The notes beneath the pieces are model-generated. The model saw nothing but the letters and a program-made list of their open reading frames with translations. It was not told where the DNA came from and searched no databases. Below, in pieces: positions 59,532-64,000 of a stretch of 64,000 nucleotides of DNA. The DNA is from an uncultured Chloroflexia bacterium (GTDB taxonomy: Bacteria > Chloroflexota > Limnocylindria > Limnocylindrales > CSP1-4): the NCBI GenBank assembly GCA_963813535.1, contig CAWEZH010000001.1, positions 145,093-209,092 of the forward strand, in the 5' to 3' direction. How positions within the stretch are numbered: the first letter of the stretch is position 1; each line of letters starts with the position of its first letter. Both the position numbers and the translations under genes were made by a program.

Positions 59532-62072
59532 ATGACCCAGGCGCCGATCGTGCGACCGGTCGCGGGCATCCGAGCATCGGATCTCGGAACTGTGGGCGGA
59601 AAGGCCGCCAACCTGGGCGAGCTGGTCGCGAAGGGCTTCCCCGTGCCCGACGGCTTCGTCCTGACGACCGACGCCTACCAAGCAGCCGCCACCGCGGCAG
59701 GCGTGGTTGCCAGCCGGCCCAGAGAAGCCGCCGAACGGCTTCGCACCATCGACGTCCCGCCGGCGGTGGCCAACGCCGCACTCGAGGCCTACCGAGGCCT
59801 CGGCAGCGGACCCGTCGCGGTCCGGTCATCGGCCACCGCTGAGGATCTGCCGGGGGCATCGTTCGCCGGCCAACAGGACACATACCTCGGCGTCGAGGGC
59901 GACGATCAGGTCCTCGATGCGATCCGCCGATGTTGGGCGTCCCTGTGGAACGAGCGCGCCGTTGCCTATCGCCGTGACCACGGGTTCGACAACGACGGCG
60001 TGGGCCTGGCCGTGGTCGTCCAGCGCATGGTCGACGCGAGGGCGGCCGGGGTCCTGTTCACCGCCGACCCGATCACCGGTCGAAGGGGTCGAGCGGTCGT
60101 CGACGCGGCCGCAGGGCTGGGCGACGCCGTCGTGTCGGGCTCGGTCGATCCCGACCACTACGCGGTCGACCCCGATTCGGGTGCGGTCGACGAGCACGTC
60201 GTTCGGGGAGGCGCACCCATCCTCAGCGATGCCCAGGTGCTTGAGCTCGCCGCGATCGGACGTCAGATCGAAGACGCACTCGGAGCCCCGCAGGACATCG
60301 AGTTCGCGTTCGACACCGCCGGTCATTTGTGGATCCTCCAGGCCCGCCCGATCACGACGCTGTTCCCGCTGCCCGAGCGTTCGCCGGGCGACAAAGGCCT
60401 GCGTGTCTACTTCTCGGCGAGCGTTGCGCAGGGCTATTTCGAGCCGATCACTCCCCTAGGCACCGAGCCATTCCTCGTCATCGGCCAGACGCTCGCAGGC
60501 GCCTTCGCGCGCGCTCGTGGCCACACGGAACCGTCCACGTCACCAGTCCTCGTGTCGGGCGGGCGCATCTGGGCCGACCTGACGCCCGTTCTCCGGGACC
60601 GGATCGGCCGAGACGTGCTGGTGCGGCTGACGAGCGTCGGCGAGGCACGCAGCTCGGTGATCTTCGGCCGTCTGGTTGAGGACCAGCGGTTCACGTCACG
60701 TGGCTCGCGGTTAGGCACGCTGCGGACCGTCGTGCCGCTGTTTGCTCGCTCGAGGATCCCGCTCCACGCCCTGCGCCTGCTCCAGTCGCCCGATCGAGCG
60801 CGCAACCGGTTCATCCGCGAGATCGACCAGGTGACCAGGGTCGATCTGCCTGCCGACGCGACGGCGACCGACCGGCTGGACGCGGTCGAGGACCTGCTCG
60901 CGCGAGCGCCATCGTTCGTATTCCCTCGGATGCTCGGCCTGGTCGTGGCCGGGATGGTGTCGTACCTGGCATCTGGACGGCTGCTCCGCGGCCGGGCGAC
61001 CGAGGACGAGCTCCAGACGCTGACACGCGGACTGCCGCATAACCCGACGACGGAGATGGACCTCGCGCTGTGGGACCTGACGACTCGGGTGCGGGCCGAT
61101 CCGCCGTCGCGCGACGCGATCCGCAACGGTCAACCGCCCGACCTCGCCCAGGCCTACGGCGACGGCGCCCTGCCCTCAACGCTGCAGAGCGAGCTGGGCA
61201 AGTTCATCGGTCGATACGGTTTCCGGGCGGTCGGCGAGATCGACCTCGGGGTGCCGCGCTGGTCGGAGGACCCGTCGTACCTCCTGGGCGTGATCGCGAA
61301 CTACTTCCGCCTCGAGGACGACGCCATCGCCCCGGACGAGCAGTTCCGCCGCGGCGCCGGCGAGGCCGAGGCCATTGTCGCAACGATGCTCGGGCGGGTG
61401 CATGGGCCGCGTTGGCGGCTGCTGCGGTTCTTCCTCGGCCGCGTGCGTGCCCTGATGGGCTCGCGGGAGATGCCCAAGTTCATTCTCATCCGAACCCTGT
61501 TCACGCCGATCCGGGATCTGCTTCGTCCTGTCGGCGAGGAGCTGGCTGAAACTGGCAAGGTGACCGCTTGGGACGATGTCTACTTCCTGACCCTCGCCGA
61601 GATCCGGGAAGCAGTCGCCGGCACCGACGTGCGCGAGGACGTTGCCGCACGCCGTGCGATGCACTTCCGGGAACAGGCCAGGCGGTACATCCCTCGTGTC
61701 CTGCTGTCCGACGGGACCGACGCGGAAGCCGCCCTGATCTCGGTGCCCGAAGGCGCGCTGCGGGGTTCACCGGCGAGCCCGGGCACGGTCACCGCCCGTG
61801 CGCGTGTGATTCTCTCGCCCCACGGTGCGCGGCTCGAGCCCGGTGAGATCCTCGTCGCGCCCTCGACGGATCCCGGCTGGACGCCGCTGTTCCTCACCGC
61901 TGGCGGTCTGGTCATGGAGATGGGCGGGATGATGTCGCACGGCGCCGTCGTCGCCCGCGAGTACGGGATCCCGGCCATTGTCGGCGTGCCCGGAGCGACC
62001 GACCAGATCAGGACGGGCGCCACGATCACCGTCGACGGCTCCGCCGGCGTCGTGTCGATCGACGGCGGATAG
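59532..62072 (+). CDS. PEP-synthase-like small-molecule phosphotransferase (rifampin phosphotransferase Rph architecture)
   Basis: GGKAANL, AVRSSATAED, SFAGQQDT and LQARPIT (ATP-grasp); large central domain; C-terminal TDPGWTPLF...SHGAVVAREYGIP phospho-His domain. Confidence 0.85.
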   Translation: MTQAPIVRPVAGIRASDLGTVGGKAANLGELVAKGFPVPDGFVLTTDAYQAAATAAGVVASRPREAAERLRTIDVPPAVANAALEAYRGLGSGPVAVRSSATAEDLPGASFAGQQDTYLGVEGDDQVLDAIRRCWASLWNERAVAYRRDHGFDNDGVGLAVVVQRMVDARAAGVLFTADPITGRRGRAVVDAAAGLGDAVVSGSVDPDHYAVDPDSGAVDEHVVRGGAPILSDAQVLELAAIGRQIEDALGAPQDIEFAFDTAGHLWILQARPITTLFPLPERSPGDKGLRVYFSASVAQGYFEPITPLGTEPFLVIGQTLAGAFARARGHTEPSTSPVLVSGGRIWADLTPVLRDRIGRDVLVRLTSVGEARSSVIFGRLVEDQRFTSRGSRLGTLRTVVPLFARSRIPLHALRLLQSPDRARNRFIREIDQVTRVDLPADATATDRLDAVEDLLARAPSFVFPRMLGLVVAGMVSYLASGRLLRGRATEDELQTLTRGLPHNPTTEMDLALWDLTTRVRADPPSRDAIRNGQPPDLAQAYGDGALPSTLQSELGKFIGRYGFRAVGEIDLGVPRWSEDPSYLLGVIANYFRLEDDAIAPDEQFRRGAGEAEAIVATMLGRVHGPRWRLLRFFLGRVRALMGSREMPKFILIRTLFTPIRDLLRPVGEELAETGKVTAWDDVYFLTLAEIREAVAGTDVREDVAARRAMHFREQARRYIPRVLLSDGTDAEAALISVPEGALRGSPASPGTVTARARVILSPHGARLEPGEILVAPSTDPGWTPLFLTAGGLVMEMGGMMSHGAVVAREYGIPAIVGVPGATDQIRTGATITVDGSAGVVSIDGG

Positions 62073-62097
62073 AACCCGTCGAAGCCGCATAACAGCG

Positions 62098-62124
62098 TTT
62101 CACGCGACCGGGATCCATCTCGTC
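62098..62124 (+). promoter_or_regulatory. ECF41-type promoter
   Basis: TTTCACG-N16-CGTC, resembling the ECF41 consensus TGTCACA-N16-CGTC, directly upstream of the oxidoreductase and ECF41 genes. Confidence 0.7.
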
Positions 62125-62155
62125 TTGGGTGTAGAGACGAGAAAGGAGGCCCACC

Positions 62156-63142
62156 ATGCGGGTCTTTGTTGCAGGCGCCGGCGGCGCCGTCGGAAAGCGG
62201 CTCGTGCCGATGCTGGTCGCTCGCGGTCACCAGGTGACCGGAACGGCCTCTCGACCCGAGTCGGCGGAGGCGATCCAACGACTCGGCGCGGAGCCGGTCG
62301 TCGTCGACGGGCTCGACGCCATCGGGATCGGCCAAGCCGTGGCCCGAGCCGAACCGGACGCGATCATCCACGAGATGACGGCTTTGTCGGGCTCACCCGA
62401 CTTCCGTCACTTCGACCGTTGGTTCGCGCTGACCAACCGGCTCCGGACCGAGGGAACGGACAACCTCCTCGCCGCCGCGAAGGCGAGCGGCGTCAAGCGT
62501 TTCATCGCCCAGAGCTTCACCGGCTGGAGCAACAGCCGCGAGGGTTCGTGGATCAAGACGGAGGACGACCCGCTGGATCCGCACCCGGTAAAGGAGCAGA
62601 CCGAGACGCTCGCGGCGATCAAGTATCTCGAGCGAGCGGTGCTCGAGGCGCCCCTGGAAGGGATCGTGGTCCGCTACGGCGGCCTCTACGGTCCGGGCTC
62701 GTCGGAGACGCTCGTCGAGATCCTGAACCGGAGGATGTTCCCGGTGATCGGCGATGGCGCCGGCGTGATCTCGTCGACCCACATCGACGATGCGGCCGGT
62801 GGGACGCTCGCAGCGCTCGAGCGAGGCCGTCGCGGTATCTACAACATCGTCGACGACGAGCCCGCGCCCTCTCGCGAGTTCATCCCGGCGATCGCCGAAG
62901 CGGTCGGCGCGAAGCCGCCGCTCCACATCCCCGCTTGGCTGGCCCGGCTGTTCGCGGGTGAGGTCGCGGTGACGATGATGACCGAGGGTCGAGGGTCGTC
63001 GAACGCCAAGGCGAAGCGCGAGCTCGGGTGGCAGCCGATCTGGCCAAGCTGGCGCGACGGCTTCCGGCACGGGCTCGATGCGCCGGTGCCGCTGCCGCCG
63101 CGCGCGCCCGACATCGACCATGAGGCATTCTCAGCAGCGTGA
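62156..63142 (+). CDS. NAD(P)-dependent epimerase/dehydratase (atypical SDR)
   Basis: VFVAGAGGAVG Rossmann motif, RYGGLYGPG, YNIVDDEP, SNAKAKRELGW. Confidence 0.9.
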   Translation: MRVFVAGAGGAVGKRLVPMLVARGHQVTGTASRPESAEAIQRLGAEPVVVDGLDAIGIGQAVARAEPDAIIHEMTALSGSPDFRHFDRWFALTNRLRTEGTDNLLAAAKASGVKRFIAQSFTGWSNSREGSWIKTEDDPLDPHPVKEQTETLAAIKYLERAVLEAPLEGIVVRYGGLYGPGSSETLVEILNRRMFPVIGDGAGVISSTHIDDAAGGTLAALERGRRGIYNIVDDEPAPSREFIPAIAEAVGAKPPLHIPAWLARLFAGEVAVTMMTEGRGSSNAKAKRELGWQPIWPSWRDGFRHGLDAPVPLPPRAPDIDHEAFSAA

Positions 63143-64000
63143 TACGCGACGTTGGACCGGGTGTCGCCGAAGCGTACGTCGATCTTCGGCCGCTGCTGTT
63201 CTCGATCGCCTACCGGATGCTCGGGAGCGTCAGCGAGGCCGAGGACGTCGTGCAGGAGGCGTTCGTCCGCTATCAGCGGGCTCTCGGTGACGACGCCGCG
63301 ATCGAGTCGCCAAAGGCGTACCTCTCGGCGATCGTCACGCGCCTCGCGATCGACCACCTGCGCTCGGCTCGGGCCCGGCGCGAGACGTACGTCGGCGAGT
63401 GGCTGCCGGAGCCGCTCGTGACCGACGAGGGCGCTGGCGACCCGGCCGTGCACGCCGAGCAGGCAGACACGCTGTCGATGTCGTTCCTCGTCCTGCTCGA
63501 GCGGCTGACGCCGGTCGAGCGGGCGGTCTTCCTGCTCCACGACGTGTTCGGCTACGACTTCGAGGAGGTCGGCAAGATCGTCCGCCGCACGCCCGCGACC
63601 TGCCGCCAGAACGCGGTCCGGGCGCGCCGCTTCATCGCCGAGAACCGGCCTCGCTTCGACACCGATGAGGCCGAGCGCGACGAGCTCGTAAGCCGGTTCT
63701 TCGCCGCGGCGGAGCGGGGCGATCTCAATGGCCTGATCGAGCTGCTCGCGGAAGACGTGATCGTGCATGGCGACGGTGGCGGCAAGGTCCCGCAGTGGTA
63801 CGAGCCGATCGTCGGCGCCGACAAAGTCGCCCGGCTGTTCGCACGGATGGGCCGCCAGACCGAGACGCTGGGCGCGACGTTCGAGCCGCACCGGATCAAC
63901 GGGCAGCCCGGCGTCATCTTCCGCGGCCCGCACGGCGGCGTCTTCTCGGTCATGTCGATCGAGGTCGTCGACGGCCGAGTCGCGACGATCCGTTCGGTGG
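63139..64000 (+). CDS. ECF41 (SigJ-like) RNA polymerase sigma factor with SnoaL-like C-terminal extension, partial
   Basis: Manual translation from GTG 63139: LFSIAYRMLGSVSEAEDVVQE...YVGEWLPEP...LLERLTPVERAVFLLHDVF...DGGGKV. Runs off the window. Confidence 0.9.
   Translation, partial: MIRDVGPGVAEAYVDLRPLLFSIAYRMLGSVSEAEDVVQEAFVRYQRALGDDAAIESPKAYLSAIVTRLAIDHLRSARARRETYVGEWLPEPLVTDEGAGDPAVHAEQADTLSMSFLVLLERLTPVERAVFLLHDVFGYDFEEVGKIVRRTPATCRQNAVRARRFIAENRPRFDTDEAERDELVSRFFAAAERGDLNGLIELLAEDVIVHGDGGGKVPQWYEPIVGADKVARLFARMGRQTETLGATFEPHRINGQPGVIFRGPHGGVFSVMSIEVVDGRVATIRSV

Overview
High-GC (roughly 70%) bacterial chromosomal segment, most likely from an uncultured monoderm Chloroflexota such as Limnocylindria/Ellin6529 (inferred from gene content and style, not verified). 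About 53 densely packed CDSs. They include an amine-catabolism trio (GS-like ligase, APC permease, acetamidase), a sugar ABC ATPase, nicotinate phosphoribosyltransferase, glgC, an M23 hydrolase, pepA with a prepilin peptidase, add and ccsA. Larger units are an arginine deiminase cluster extended by two antiporters, an atypical P-type ATPase and a CYTH-Ppx fusion; a three-gene FtsH-like operon; a ROK-regulated amino-sugar utilisation operon; class II ribonucleotide reductase with NrdR boxes; an Rph-like phosphotransferase; and an ECF41 sigma module. No rRNA, tRNA, transposase or canonical CRISPR was recognised. Most notable: (1) an XRE-HTH/PD-(D/E)xK-like nuclease gene followed by four ~34-bp palindromic units, two forward and two inverted; (2) a 21-bp-phased array of DnaA-box-like 9-mers next to the NrdR boxes of nrdJ; (3) a P2-like ATPase lacking the canonical Ca2+ ligands inside the ADI cluster; (4) two strongly structured 5' leaders; (5) pervasive leaderless promoters and apparent CTG starts. 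Five apparent frameshifts are probably sequencing indels.
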